Below, one piece after another: positions 1 to 10,120 of a stretch of 64,000 bases of DNA. Both the position numbers and the translations under genes were made by a program. The stretch covers positions 17,430 to 81,429 of the forward strand of contig CAVSWH010000023.1 in assembly GCA_963731625.1 (NCBI GenBank). The letters run 5' to 3'. The notes below the pieces were generated by a model, which was given only the letters and a program-made list of their open reading frames with translations, had not been told where the DNA came from and made no database searches. Position 1 is the stretch's first letter, and each line of letters opens with the position of its first letter. Origin of the DNA: an uncultured Actinomycetes bacterium. GTDB lineage: Bacteria > Actinomycetota > Acidimicrobiia > IMCC26256 > PALSA-555.

Positions 1-1141
1 AGCTGCGACACCAGCCAGAGCGCCTCGACGGGCACCAGCTCTGCGCCCGGGCTCGCCGCGGTGTCGCCGATCGCGCAAGCCGGCGTGTGCGGTAACGGGG
101 CCGGCGTTGCCGGGATTGGGACGACCGCGGACTGCACCGGCCAGCAGACAGCCGCGACCGCGGCCAGCATCGAGCGCGCTCGACATCTCGCCGATCGTCG
201 ATGCCGCGGTGTGCGGCAACGGGCTCGGCGTCCTCGGAACGGGCACGACCAGCACGTGCGGCGACAGCCAGTCGGCCACACCCGCCAGCAGCTCTGGTCC
301 TGACGGAAGCCTGATCGACGTCTCGCCCACCGCCCAGACCGGCGTCTGCGGCAACGGCGCGGGGGTTGCCGGGACCGGCACGACGAGCAGCTGCGACACC
401 AGCCAGAGCGCCTCGACCGCCGGCGCGTCCGTTCCCGGCATCGCGACGGTCTCGCCCGACGTGCAGACCGGCGTTTGTGGCAACGGTGCCGGGGTCGCCG
501 GGACCGGGACCACGAGCAGCTGCGACACCAGCCAGAGCGCCTCGACCGCCGGCGCGGTGGCCGGGCTCGCGGCGGTGTCGCCGATCGTGCAGGCCGGGGT
601 GTGCGGCAACGGGCTGGGCGTCCTCGGCACCGGGACGACCAGCACCTGCAGCGACAGCCAGAACGCCACACCGACCAACGGTTCCGGGGTCAACAGCGGC
701 GTGATCGACGTCGCACCCACGGGCCAGGTCAACGTGTGCGGCAACGGCGCCGGCGTGGTCGGAACCGGCACCACGAGCAGCTGCGACATCAGCCAGACCG
801 TGGCCCCCACGGGTGCGTCACCGACCCAGGTCAACGTGTGCGGCAACGGAGTCGGTGCGGCCGGGACGGGTACCACGGCGACCTGCGCCTCGTCCACGAC
901 GAACCCCGGTGGTGGCACGACCACGTCGCCCGGCACCGGCTCGACGCCGAACGTCGGCGCGGCGACCGCCACACGAGCGGCGAATGGCGCGGGAAGCGCC
1001 GTGTCGCCGTCACCCAGCACCAACGGCGGCCTGCTGGCCTTCACCGGTCAGCCGCTGACGCTCCTGGTCCTCCTCGGCGTCGGCCTGATCGTGGCCGGTG
1101 GCGCGGTCCTCACCCTCCGGCGGCGGCTCCGTGCGGCGTAG
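1..1141 (+). CDS. Chaplin-like repeat surface protein with class E sortase signal (5' partial, one +1 frameshift near 162)
   Basis: Seven VCGNG(A/L/V)G..G.GTT..C repeats resembling the chaplin VNVCGN core. Frame 1 switches to frame 2 near 160-175. C-terminus is LAFTG, a hydrophobic helix, then RRRLRAA. Confidence 0.75.
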   Translation, partial: AATPARAPRRAPALRPGSPRCRRSRKPACAVTGPALPGLGRPRTAPASRQPRPRPASSALDISPIVDAAVCGNGLGVLGTGTTSTCGDSQSATPASSSGPDGSLIDVSPTAQTGVCGNGAGVAGTGTTSSCDTSQSASTAGASVPGIATVSPDVQTGVCGNGAGVAGTGTTSSCDTSQSASTAGAVAGLAAVSPIVQAGVCGNGLGVLGTGTTSTCSDSQNATPTNGSGVNSGVIDVAPTGQVNVCGNGAGVVGTGTTSSCDISQTVAPTGASPTQVNVCGNGVGAAGTGTTATCASSTTNPGGGTTTSPGTGSTPNVGAATATRAANGAGSAVSPSPSTNGGLLAFTGQPLTLLVLLGVGLIVAGGAVLTLRRRLRAA

Positions 1142-1769
1142 GGCCACAAGCCACGTCCGCGGAGCCTGCCGCGCGAGCGGACAGCGCGTCGGTCGGCACC
1201 TGCGGCTCCCCCTCCGCGCCGCGGTTATCGCCGGAGCGGTGGTCGTCGTTGGTGGCCTCACGGCCTGTGGTGCCGGCGCGCCACAGGTCCAGGCGCGCAC
1301 GTGGGCCGGGACGTTCTGCCGCTCGTTCGCGGGCTACGAGCACACGATCGACGGCCTCGGTGCGAGGCTGGACTCCGGCCTGCGGACGACACCGTCGACC
1401 GACCTCGCGGCACGGAGACAGGCGCTCGTCGGATACCTCACCGCAGTCGTCGCCCAGACCGACGGGCTCTCCCAAGCGTTGACCAACAGCGGAACCCCCA
1501 ACGTTCCGCACGGCAGTCAGTTCGTCGTCAACGTCGAGCACGGCTTCCACCAGTTCCGCCAGACCGTGGCGATCGCCGGCCACCATGCCGCCCGGCTGCC
1601 CGCCCGCGACCCTGAGGCCTTCAGCACGGCGATCTCGCGGATCACCACGACGATCCAAGCTGGGAGCCAGCAGTCCCGGGCGACGATCGCGCACGCTCGG
1701 TCGACGTATGGGACCCGGCAGCTCGACCTCGCGCTGACCGGCACGCCTGCGTGCCAGGCGATCGCCTGA
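1098..1769 (+). CDS. Putative lipoprotein (start uncertain, probably downstream of 1141)
   Basis: Hydrophobic stretch ending in lipobox LTAC; helical body with a Cys pair. Confidence 0.65.
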   Translation: MARSSPSGGGSVRRRATSHVRGACRASGQRVGRHLRLPLRAAVIAGAVVVVGGLTACGAGAPQVQARTWAGTFCRSFAGYEHTIDGLGARLDSGLRTTPSTDLAARRQALVGYLTAVVAQTDGLSQALTNSGTPNVPHGSQFVVNVEHGFHQFRQTVAIAGHHAARLPARDPEAFSTAISRITTTIQAGSQQSRATIAHARSTYGTRQLDLALTGTPACQAIA

Positions 1770-1816
1770 CACCTCGGCGAGCCTCGCAGCGATCGAGTCT
1801 CGGCGGCCGGCAGCCG

Positions 1817-2024
1817 CTACTTCGTCGCCAGCACCTTGAAGAGTCGTGAATCAGGTGGCGCCTGAGCGTTGGCCTCGAGGTGCTCGTCCAACTTCGGTCG
1901 GACGACGTTCGCCGCCGTGTCGGTATGGTCCTTCGTGTCCCAGAGCACGAAGATCTCGCCCTCGCCGTCGCTCTCATCCCCGAACAACCACCCCGATTCC
2001 TGGTCCCGCTGGGTCAGTGAGCGT
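1817..2024 (-). pseudogene. C-terminal fragment of a small ABM-like dimeric alpha/beta-barrel protein, 5' end replaced by palindromes
   Basis: Protein-like sequence GWLFGDESDGEGEIFVLWDTKDH...RLFKVLATK; upstream frame runs directly into the palindrome cluster at 2026. Confidence 0.5.
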
Positions 2025-2025
2025 T

Positions 2026-2118
2026 GACTCGCGGTTCTGTCGAACCGCGAGAGCGCGACGACTCGCAGTTCCACAGTTCGCGAGGCAGGGTGACTCGCGA
2101 TCCCCGGAACCGCGAGTC
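2026..2118. repeat. Three tandem GACTCGCG-N11-CGCGAGTC palindromes (2026, 2060, 2092)
   Basis: Perfect copy at 2092-2118 and two degenerate copies, period about 33 bp. Confidence 0.9.
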
Positions 2119-2276
2119 AGACCACGCCCGAGGGCCGAGTGCGTCGCCTGGTGCTGACTCTGAGCGCTCCATGCTCGACCGCTCTGACGCAGGTGCCCAG
2201 CCAAGCCAACTCAGAGAGCTACGCACCGTGCCAACAGAAGGCCCGTCGGCTCGGATCTCTCGTTGGCAGTACTTCG

Positions 2277-3230
2277 CTAGCCGATAAGGGTGATCGTCAC
2301 GTCTGAAGCGACGGTGTTGACCCCCGATTCCCACCTTCCAAAAGTGTTCTTGTACTCGCCAGTCCCCGCATTGATCGGAGCAAAGACTGTCGTCGCTGCG
2401 GACGCGGGCTCGACGACATCGTTCAAGAGGAGCAGGGACCCGCCGATCGCAATCTGATTGTTGCACGTCTGCGTGTTCGCCGTCGTGAAGGTACACGCGA
2501 GGTGATCGGACGCGCTGAAGTTCGACGCGTGGTGCGCCTTCGTACCGGCGTAATACAAATCGGTCGAATCGTATGTATCTCCGGCCTTCGTCGCGTCGAC
2601 GTTGGGAAGCGGTTTACCGGCCGCACTGGTGAATAGCAGCGTCTGCTGCACTGTGTGGAATTGCAAGGTGGTGCCCGAGCTAGGTGGACCCGCCGTCGGA
2701 CCACTTGCGACGCCGGTGAGCGTGAACGTGTTGTCGGTGTCGCTGGAGTTCCCAATTGGGGTCGAGACCAGCGTCCCGCGCGCGTTCTTGTACCTGCCGG
2801 TACCGCCGTTGATGGGGATCGACGCCGTCCGGCCATTGAAGGTCAACGTGACATTGGTCGCGAGCAACATCGCCGAGCCGATCGCGTACTGCTGAGAGCA
2901 GGTCTGGCGCTCCGCGACAGTCGAGGCGACGGTGATCACGCAGGCGACGTGATCGGATGCGCTGAAACGCGGCGCGTGGCTTTGGTGCTGCCCCACATAG
3001 AGCAGGTCAGTTCCGTCGTAGCGGTCCCCGACGGGGAAGAGATCGGCGGGCGCCGCGGGCTGCCCCGTGGCAGTGGTCACCGTCAGGCTCTCCTGCACGC
3101 CAAAGAAATGCAGAATGGTGGTGCCGGTGCCGGCGGCCCTGACGGGCGAGGCCACCAGGCCAATCCCAGCGATGGTGGAAAGCCCGAGCGCCACACCACC
3201 CGCGATGAGTCGATTCCGACGAAGAGCCAC
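2277..3230 (-). CDS. Secreted protein with two dirigent/allene-oxide-cyclase-like beta-barrel repeats
   Basis: Signal peptide ending PVRA; internal duplication FSASDH.AC...C...AIG...PIN.GTG.YKN..G. Confidence 0.7.
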   Translation of the reverse strand: MALRRNRLIAGGVALGLSTIAGIGLVASPVRAAGTGTTILHFFGVQESLTVTTATGQPAAPADLFPVGDRYDGTDLLYVGQHQSHAPRFSASDHVACVITVASTVAERQTCSQQYAIGSAMLLATNVTLTFNGRTASIPINGGTGRYKNARGTLVSTPIGNSSDTDNTFTLTGVASGPTAGPPSSGTTLQFHTVQQTLLFTSAAGKPLPNVDATKAGDTYDSTDLYYAGTKAHHASNFSASDHLACTFTTANTQTCNNQIAIGGSLLLLNDVVEPASAATTVFAPINAGTGEYKNTFGRWESGVNTVASDVTITLIG

Positions 3231-3543
3231 GCTTCCTCCCAGCCCGAGTTAGCCGTGAGACCGTAGCCGACGGTGACAGCGTGCTGCTTGATCACCCGGC
3301 CGCCAGCCCTGTGCACCAGTGCATCGCCGACACGTATCGGACGCTTAGTCCCCGGCGACTCACCCGACTGGTGGCTCCAACGTCGTGCGCCAAGCGTCGC
3401 CCTCTCCGAGGGCCGCCCTCCGCCGTTCTCCTCATTCGGCGGTGCAGTGGGTTGGCGCGCTGGCCAAGAGCACCGGGACTTCGCGAGTGCTCGTCGGAGG
3501 CGGTCGCGCAGAGTCCACGTGGCGTACCAACCCCGATCGGACC

Positions 3544-3570
3544 GACTCGCGATCTCCACGATCGCGAGTC
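3544..3570. repeat. 27-bp palindrome
   Basis: gactcgcg-atctccacgat-cgcgagtc. Confidence 0.95.
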
Positions 3571-3660
3571 GTGCGTCGGACCGCGAAGGCAAGGACCGTT
3601 GCGTCAGCGCGACGAAGGCCCAGCTCCTCGGCGTCGCTCCACGTTGTTGTCGCTGTCCGG

Positions 3661-5638
3661 TCAGCCGGTGAAGGCCACGGTGAGCTCCGGGCGAGAGCGG
3701 GGAGCGGCGCGTTGCACGGGGCTCGCGAGGCCGACGAACGCGACCATCTCGAAATCCACCGGGGTTGGACGCGGGAGGGACTTGCTTCCAATTGTTGGCC
3801 AGCCAAACGTTTCCCGACGGGTCGACGACGACGCCCGTGTTGCGCACGAGTCCGTCGAATCCGTAGCCGGTGCTCGCCGGTGAGATGGCCTGTCCGGTGG
3901 CGACACCGGCGGGGCAGCTCGCCGGCCGGGTTCCGCAGAACTCCGAAAGGCGCTGACCGCCGAAGTTCGCCACCCACACGTTGTCGGAGCCGTCTGTCGC
4001 GACACCCCAGGGGATGGTCAGTCCGCCACCCGTGAATCCGGTGGAGGGGCTTACGACGTGGCCGTTCGCGTCCAGGAGGGTCAGCGAGCCGCCGAAGGAG
4101 TTGATGTTGCTTCGATCCGGACAGGGCACGTCGACGAGCCCTGAGTTGGCCACCCACATGTCGCCTTGGCTGTCCGCCGCGATGCCGAGCGGCTTGTCCA
4201 GCCCGCCGCCCCCGACCGGGGACCCCGGTGCTGGTGACCCGTTGGGGAGAATCATCGCGACGTTGTCACTTCCAACCCCGGTGACGAAGACCCCGTTGGC
4301 GTTGTGCGCGACGCCGAACGGCTTGTGAACACCGAGGTTCCCGATGTCAACCGCGGCACCCGGTGACCCGCCGGGAAACTCGGTCACGCTGTCCGCCTGG
4401 CAGTTCGCGGTCCAGATGTTGCCCGCGGAATCCGCGGTGAGGCCCTGCGGCCAGCTGACGCCCCCTTGGGTGTATCCGCCTCCGGACGTCGCGGTGGCGT
4501 CGGGCGAGACCGCTTGCCCGGCCGATGTGAACTGCGACACGCTGTTGTGCGGTGGCTGGAGGTTGGCGGGGCAGCCCGGCGGCGGGGCAGCGAAGCCAAA
4601 GTTCGACACCCAGACATCCCCGTAGGGATCGATGTCGATGCCGAAGCCCGCACCGTTGAGACCGCCACCGTGCCACGGAGAACCCGTCACGTACTGCCCT
4701 GTCGGGGTGAACTCGAGCAGCAGGTCGCTCCCGCATACCGAGTCGAGCGGGTTGGCGTCGTACATGTAGTTGTTCGTCACCCAGATGTTGCCGTTCGCGT
4801 CGACTGCCATGTTCCCTGGCCCGCTCATGGTCTGTCCGTCGCCGACGAACCGGAGCGCCAACGTCCATGCGTCGGGCGCAGTCGCCAAGGCGGGGCTATA
4901 GGGCTTGGGACCCGTCTGCGACAGCGTGAAGAGGGGAATCACGTTCAGCCACGGGTCGTGGTTCATGCTGACGATCGCATCAAGGGTGTTGGTGGGTGCG
5001 GCTCCGCCTGGCGGAGTCGTGGCGGCGAACAGTTGGGCGCATTGCGCTTGCGCGGCGATGCACGCGGCGACGATGTTGCCGAGGGAGTTGAAGGTGGCCG
5101 CCGACGAGGCGACGTTGGGCGGACTCGCCACGACCGACCCGATCGCGCCCGTCGCAGGGTCGACGAGGTTGCGCAGCATTCCGGCCGCGTTCTCGAGGCC
5201 GGGCGAAGGGCCGCTGAGCCGACCGCTCTGAAAGAACTGCGCCATCGCATATCCGGAGGCCGCCGTCGTCAGCTCGTTCACGGTGATAGCTGGCGGGGCG
5301 GAGCCCGTGCCGAGCACGTCGCCCAGCACAACGGAGCCGGGCGTTGCCGGCCCGGTTGTGTTGACCGCCAGGACGTAGAGCACCGCGCTCGTGCTCACGT
5401 TCGAGGAGTAGGAGATGTCGAACGATCCGTCGGCCGCGGTGGTCCCCGTCCCGAGCGCGACGGGAGCGCCCGTTCCACTCGTCGTGTAGAGCGTCACGGT
5501 GTAGGCGCCCAACGGGGTCGGACCGGTCTGGACATGTCCGTGCAGGTCAGCGGTTTGCGCCGAGACCGGGCCCGCAGCGATTGGAACGGCCGCGGCGATC
5601 ATCACAGCGATCAAGAGCGCGACCCGCGGCGCACTCAT
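3661..5638 (-). CDS. Secreted NHL-repeat beta-propeller protein ending in VAFTG (one +1 frameshift at ~3752-3754)
   Basis: Repeated P.G.A.D..GN.WV.N motifs. Removing one base at NPGGF gives EMVAFVGLASPV...ELTVAFTG-stop at 3661. Confidence 0.8.
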
Positions 5639-5879
5639 CCGGCGGTGACGCATGGCCCCTCTCACGCGACGACGTGCCAACTCGCGGCGGACCCTAGCGC
5701 GGAGGGGTGTACCGCAGCTGTGCCTGATCGACGGCACATGAGCGGCCGGTCAGGGCTGACGGAACGGACGAGGCGCACCATCGCACGTCGCCGTCACCTT
5801 GGTCCCCGGGACGGCAGCTCGAACAGGTTCGACCCGGCTCGGTTGCGTCAGGCCCGAGTCGGGTTGGAGGCTGGGTCGA

Positions 5880-6806
5880 GTGATCGCCGATCGTGTGTCT
5901 GACGTCATCGTGGTTGGAGGTGGCTTGGCGGGGGTCGGCTGCGCGCTGGAGTGCTTCGACATCCAGCTCGACACCCTGCTCGTCGAAGCGGCCCCGGTCC
6001 TCGGTGGTCAGCTGCCCGAGGTGCTGCACTCGGTGCGCAACCTGGCGGCGGCGCGCTTCGGGAGCGGCTCGGACCTCCAGCGCTCGTTGCAGGAAGCGGC
6101 CGGCATCCTCGTGGATCGCGTGCGACTCGGAGCGCCGGTCACGTCCGTCGACCTCGAGAGCCGATGGATAGAGATCGGCGGCGATCACCTACCGTTCCGA
6201 TCACTCGTCGTGGCGACGGGTACCCGGGAGCAGTACCTAGCCGCGGCCCCGGACGGCGCGTTCGGGGGCGACATCACCTACCAGCTCGAGACCGACCCAA
6301 AGCACTTCACCGGCTCGGTGGCGGCCGTGATCGGCGGGGGTGACAGTGCCGTCCTCGACGCGCTCGCCCTCGCCGCCGACGGCGCGACGGTGACGCTCAT
6401 CCACCGCTCGCCCGCGCTGCACGCCCGAGACGACGTCGTGGCGCAGCTCCACGCCGAGTCGCGGATCGACGACCTGCCCGGCTGGGAGCTGGACGCCGCC
6501 CGGGGACCCGACCGGCTCGAAGCGCTGGATCTCGTCCAGCGCGAGACCGGCGAACGGCGGACGCTGGCCGCAAACCGCCTCGTGGTGAAGATCGGGCGGA
6601 CCCCGAACACCGACTTCCTCGCCGGACAGCTCGAGCTGGACCACGCAGGGGCCGTCGTGGTCGACCGCGAGCTGCACGCCTCGCACGCCGGCGTCTTCGC
6701 GGCCGGCGACATCGTCGCCGACGCGTACCCGCGCGTCGCGGCGGCGCTCGGCCAGGGCTCGCTCGCCGCCCGGTCGGTGCTGCGCTACCTGCAGGGTCGC
6801 TCGTGA
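5880..6806 (+). CDS. Thioredoxin-reductase-like FAD/NAD(P) oxidoreductase lacking CxxC
   Basis: GGGLAG, VVATG, VIGGGDSA and GVFAAGDI motifs; the redox CxxC position reads ITYQLE. Confidence 0.85.
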   Translation: MIADRVSDVIVVGGGLAGVGCALECFDIQLDTLLVEAAPVLGGQLPEVLHSVRNLAAARFGSGSDLQRSLQEAAGILVDRVRLGAPVTSVDLESRWIEIGGDHLPFRSLVVATGTREQYLAAAPDGAFGGDITYQLETDPKHFTGSVAAVIGGGDSAVLDALALAADGATVTLIHRSPALHARDDVVAQLHAESRIDDLPGWELDAARGPDRLEALDLVQRETGERRTLAANRLVVKIGRTPNTDFLAGQLELDHAGAVVVDRELHASHAGVFAAGDIVADAYPRVAAALGQGSLAARSVLRYLQGRS

Positions 6807-7384
6807 GTGCCGGGACCGAGGGCGGCGCCTCCCAGCGGACGACCGCTCCCGCCCCTCGCGATGAGCTGCCGCCGGTCAGCGCGGCGGTCGCCGAGTTCCG
6901 CGCGTCCATGGTCGAAGCCGATCCGCGTCGACCGAACGGGCTGCTAGGAGTCCTGCACGATCTCCATCAGACGAACCTTGAGCAGTGGAGCTGGGAGGAC
7001 CGCGTGCGCGGCTCCGGCGGTGACGATTCGGCGGTCGCTGCCGCGAAGCGGGCGATCGACCGGCTCAACGCCCGCCGGCACGAGCTGGTCGAGGCGATCG
7101 ACGCGGCGATCAACGCGGCCGTCACCCAACGACCCGCTGCGACACCGTCCACCGAGAGCCCGGGCATGGCGTTCGATCGCCTCTCGGTCCTGGTGATCCG
7201 CATCCACCACACCGAGGCCGCCGCCGCCCGGGGCCCCGACGCCGCTGGGCTGCGCGCGCGCCTGCCAGTTCTCGAGACACAGGTGGCGGTGCTCGAGGAG
7301 GCACTCGACGCCCTCCTGAGCGAGATCCGGGCCGGGACGCGACGCTTCCTGCCCCACCGGAGCCTGAAGCTGTACAGGCCGTAG
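6803..7384 (+). CDS. DUF4254-like helical protein
   Basis: N..QW..ED..R, KR.IDRLN..R..LVE.ID, TESPG...DRLSVL and KLY motifs; GTGA overlap with the upstream gene. Confidence 0.8.
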   Translation: MSAGTEGGASQRTTAPAPRDELPPVSAAVAEFRASMVEADPRRPNGLLGVLHDLHQTNLEQWSWEDRVRGSGGDDSAVAAAKRAIDRLNARRHELVEAIDAAINAAVTQRPAATPSTESPGMAFDRLSVLVIRIHHTEAAAARGPDAAGLRARLPVLETQVAVLEEALDALLSEIRAGTRRFLPHRSLKLYRP

Positions 7385-7400
7385 CGCCCCGACCCGGGCG

Positions 7401-8525
7401 TTACGCGTGCTCGAGCGCGAGCTGGCTGAGCGTGGCCATCGGGATGGCGCAGAGCTCGTAGCCGGCGCGGTTGAAGCCGTAGAGGACGTGGTCGTCGACC
7501 GCCGCGGCGTGGGCGATCCCGAGCGGCTGCGACGCGAGCGCCGTCGTCCGCGCGAGGAAGCCTCCGTCGTGTGTGCTGTGCAGCGTCAGCGCGCCGGTCC
7601 GCTCGACTCCGCAGACGAGATCGGGTGTGATCACGACGGCGGCGCCGCCGGTGCCCCAGGCGAGGTCGTCGAAGCGACCCTCGACGACGCGGCGCCCGTC
7701 CCGTGGGTCGAGGCCGGCGAAACCCCCACCATGTAGCTGGTCCCAGTCGTAGTCGTCGACGCCGTCGGCTGGCTCGCTGCCCGCCGCCCACAGCAGCTGG
7801 CCGTCCCAGAGGAGCGTTGCCGGCTGGAAGCCAACGGTCACCTCCCAGATCGGCGTGTCGAGCGACCTGGCCCCGATCGGGAAGAGCCCGACCCGGCGGA
7901 CCGCGCCGACGGCCACGCCCGGACCGCCGGGCGTCGACACGGCCTCCAGCGCGGTGACCACGTCCCAGTCCTCGAGGCCGACGTCGACGTCGACGTCCGG
8001 TCCCGGGTCGGTCGTCAGCGGGCCGGAGACGATCACGCCGCCTGCCGCCTCGCGGCGGGGACGCGACCCGACGAGTCGATCGTCGACGGCGACGGTGCGT
8101 TCGACGTCGTCGGCGAATCGCGACGTCCACGACGGTGCAAGCGATGTGACGGTCCCCGAGCCCGCGAGGTCGGCGGCCCGAAACGCGCGGAGCTGCCCGA
8201 GATGGTTCAAGACGACCACGACGGCGGGGCCACGGATCTCGAGGATGGCGTGGACGTCGAGGTCGTACTGGGAGAGCTCGTCGTCGTCGGGGTAGCTCGT
8301 CTGGTCGAAGACCGCCTCGGGCTGGAACGAACGCGACGCGAAGACGACGTTGCGACCGAGGTTGTTCCAGGCGCACTGACGTCCCACCGCCACGACCCGC
8401 CCGATCCCTGCCGGTTGGGAGTTCTCGACCCGACTCTCAGGGGAGGAGCCGAACACGACGGCGGGCGCGCCGGGCGGGGCGCGCCCGCCCCGCGACACGA
8501 CGCCTGGCTCGCCGGCTTCGGGCAT
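7401..8525 (-). CDS. Hypothetical beta-propeller-like protein
   Basis: Beta-rich ORF coupled to the GT9 gene by a TGATG overlap at 8523-8527. Confidence 0.65.
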   Translation of the reverse strand: MPEAGEPGVVSRGGRAPPGAPAVVFGSSPESRVENSQPAGIGRVVAVGRQCAWNNLGRNVVFASRSFQPEAVFDQTSYPDDDELSQYDLDVHAILEIRGPAVVVVLNHLGQLRAFRAADLAGSGTVTSLAPSWTSRFADDVERTVAVDDRLVGSRPRREAAGGVIVSGPLTTDPGPDVDVDVGLEDWDVVTALEAVSTPGGPGVAVGAVRRVGLFPIGARSLDTPIWEVTVGFQPATLLWDGQLLWAAGSEPADGVDDYDWDQLHGGGFAGLDPRDGRRVVEGRFDDLAWGTGGAAVVITPDLVCGVERTGALTLHSTHDGGFLARTTALASQPLGIAHAAAVDDHVLYGFNRAGYELCAIPMATLSQLALEHA

Positions 8526-9433
8526 CACCGCAGCTCCTCGAGCGCGGCGACGACCCGTTCGGGCGTGATCGAGTCCAGGCACGGGGTGCCCAACGGACAC
8601 GTCCGGACCGGCGGGCGAAATCCCCCCAGGCGAACGGACGCGTTGTACGCCAGGTCTCGCTCCCGTTCGAGGCAGAGGTCCGCGCAGGCATTCCCGACGA
8701 CGACGCGGGTGTGGGACCACGGGCGGAAGTACACGGGGCGGTCACGACACAGCATCACGGTCGGCGTGCCCTGCTGCACCGCGATGTGCGTCAGGCCCGT
8801 GTCGATGCCGACCACCGCTCGACAGCTGCTCAAGAGATCGACCGTCGCCCCGGGTGTCGGCGCCACGATCTCGACGATGCCCAGGTCGCGCAGTGCCGAG
8901 TTCGCCGTGGTGCGGACGACGGCCCGGACGTCAGATCCGGACTCGCGCGCCCACTCGGCCACCGGCGCCCACCGCTCCGCCGCCCAGTGCTTGGTCGGGC
9001 CGTCGCTCTCGGTGACGAGCAGCACCATGTGGCGGAGGTCCGAGCGACGAGACGCCCGCAGGGGAACCGGGCGGGAGAAGTCGGCGTCGATGCCGAAGTC
9101 GACGCAGATTCGGCTCAGGATGTCGTTGATCAAGATCGGCCCGTAGACGGCGTCGAACTCGTGCGATCCCCACCAGTAGTCGCGTTGCAGCGGGTGGTCA
9201 CGCAGGTTGATGAACCGGCCGCCGCAGCGAGCGGGGTCGAACGAGGCCTCGTCGATCGAGCCCGCGAGCCCGTCGATGCGCTCGGCCAACGCGGCCTGCG
9301 CGGATGATCGTGCGACCAGCCAGGTCTCGTGGGCGCCGTCTCGGTTCTCGGCCACGAGCGCCTGGACGGCCGGCAACGAGACGACGAGGTCGCCGAGCCC
9401 CAGCGAGATCGGTGCCACGTAGACACGGCTCAT
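8525..9433 (-). CDS. Glycosyltransferase family 9 (ADP-heptose transferase-like)
   Basis: LGLGDLVVSLPAVQAL N-terminus, K.W..ERW, and VGIDTGLTHIA...GTPTV motifs. Confidence 0.88.
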   Translation of the reverse strand: MSRVYVAPISLGLGDLVVSLPAVQALVAENRDGAHETWLVARSSAQAALAERIDGLAGSIDEASFDPARCGGRFINLRDHPLQRDYWWGSHEFDAVYGPILINDILSRICVDFGIDADFSRPVPLRASRRSDLRHMVLLVTESDGPTKHWAAERWAPVAEWARESGSDVRAVVRTTANSALRDLGIVEIVAPTPGATVDLLSSCRAVVGIDTGLTHIAVQQGTPTVMLCRDRPVYFRPWSHTRVVVGNACADLCLERERDLAYNASVRLGGFRPPVRTCPLGTPCLDSITPERVVAALEELR

Positions 9434-9448
9434 CAGCGAGACCCTGCT

Positions 9449-10120
9449 TCACGCGGTGGCGTAGGCGGTGACGTCCTCGATCGAGAGGTCCGAGAAGGCG
9501 CGGCGTCGCTCGGCGCATTTGTTGCAGCGGCCGCAGTGCTGCTCGCCCTCGGGGTGGATGCACGAGAACGTGTGCTGCAGCGGAAGATCTCGACCCAGGT
9601 CCAGCACATCGGCCTTGGTCAGCTCGGAGAACGGCGTCACGATCTCGAACGGCCAGTCCATGCCCGTCTGCACGACCGACCCCAGCCCGGCGAAGAACGT
9701 CGGGCTGCTGTCGCTGAACGGGTTGCCTTTCAGGGTGCCGAGGGCGACCGTCGAGATGTCGTGGAGCGCGCACCACACCGCAGCCTTGGCGACGAGAAGG
9801 AGGTTCCGGCCGGGAAGGTAGACCGCCTCGTCGGGCGAGTCGGCGTCCGGGACGTCCGTGGCCGAGACGCTCCAGTGCGCTCCATAGACGTCGGCGATCG
9901 GGAAGTCGAGCGTGACCAGTCCGCGGGCGGGCAGCGTCTCCAGGAACCGGCGCAGATGGGTCTCCTCGACCGCCTCCCAGCTCAGCCCGAACCGGATGTA
10001 GATGGGTTGGACCGCCCCTTCGTGTCGGAGGAGCTCGGCGACCAGGATGGCGCTATCGAGTCCACCGCTCGCCAGCACCGCGACGGTCCCGCGGTCAGTC
10101 GGCTGGCCGCCCGTGTTCAA
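9449..10120 (-). CDS. queC: 7-cyano-7-deazaguanine synthase
   Basis: SGGLDS PP-loop, YLPGRN, and TFSC..P...HCGRCNKC..R zinc site. Confidence 0.9.
   Translation of the reverse strand: MNTGGQPTDRGTVAVLASGGLDSAILVAELLRHEGAVQPIYIRFGLSWEAVEETHLRRFLETLPARGLVTLDFPIADVYGAHWSVSATDVPDADSPDEAVYLPGRNLLLVAKAAVWCALHDISTVALGTLKGNPFSDSSPTFFAGLGSVVQTGMDWPFEIVTPFSELTKADVLDLGRDLPLQHTFSCIHPEGEQHCGRCNKCAERRRAFSDLSIEDVTAYATA

Noticed and set aside
2026-2118. CRISPR array interpretation of the tandem palindromes
   Set aside because: The gaps are only 5-15 bp, the variable part lies inside the repeat, copies are dispersed, and no cas genes are present.
3083-3660. C-terminal extension of the 884-aa ORF
   Set aside because: Read-through caused by the frameshift; it crosses a palindrome and overlaps the next gene.
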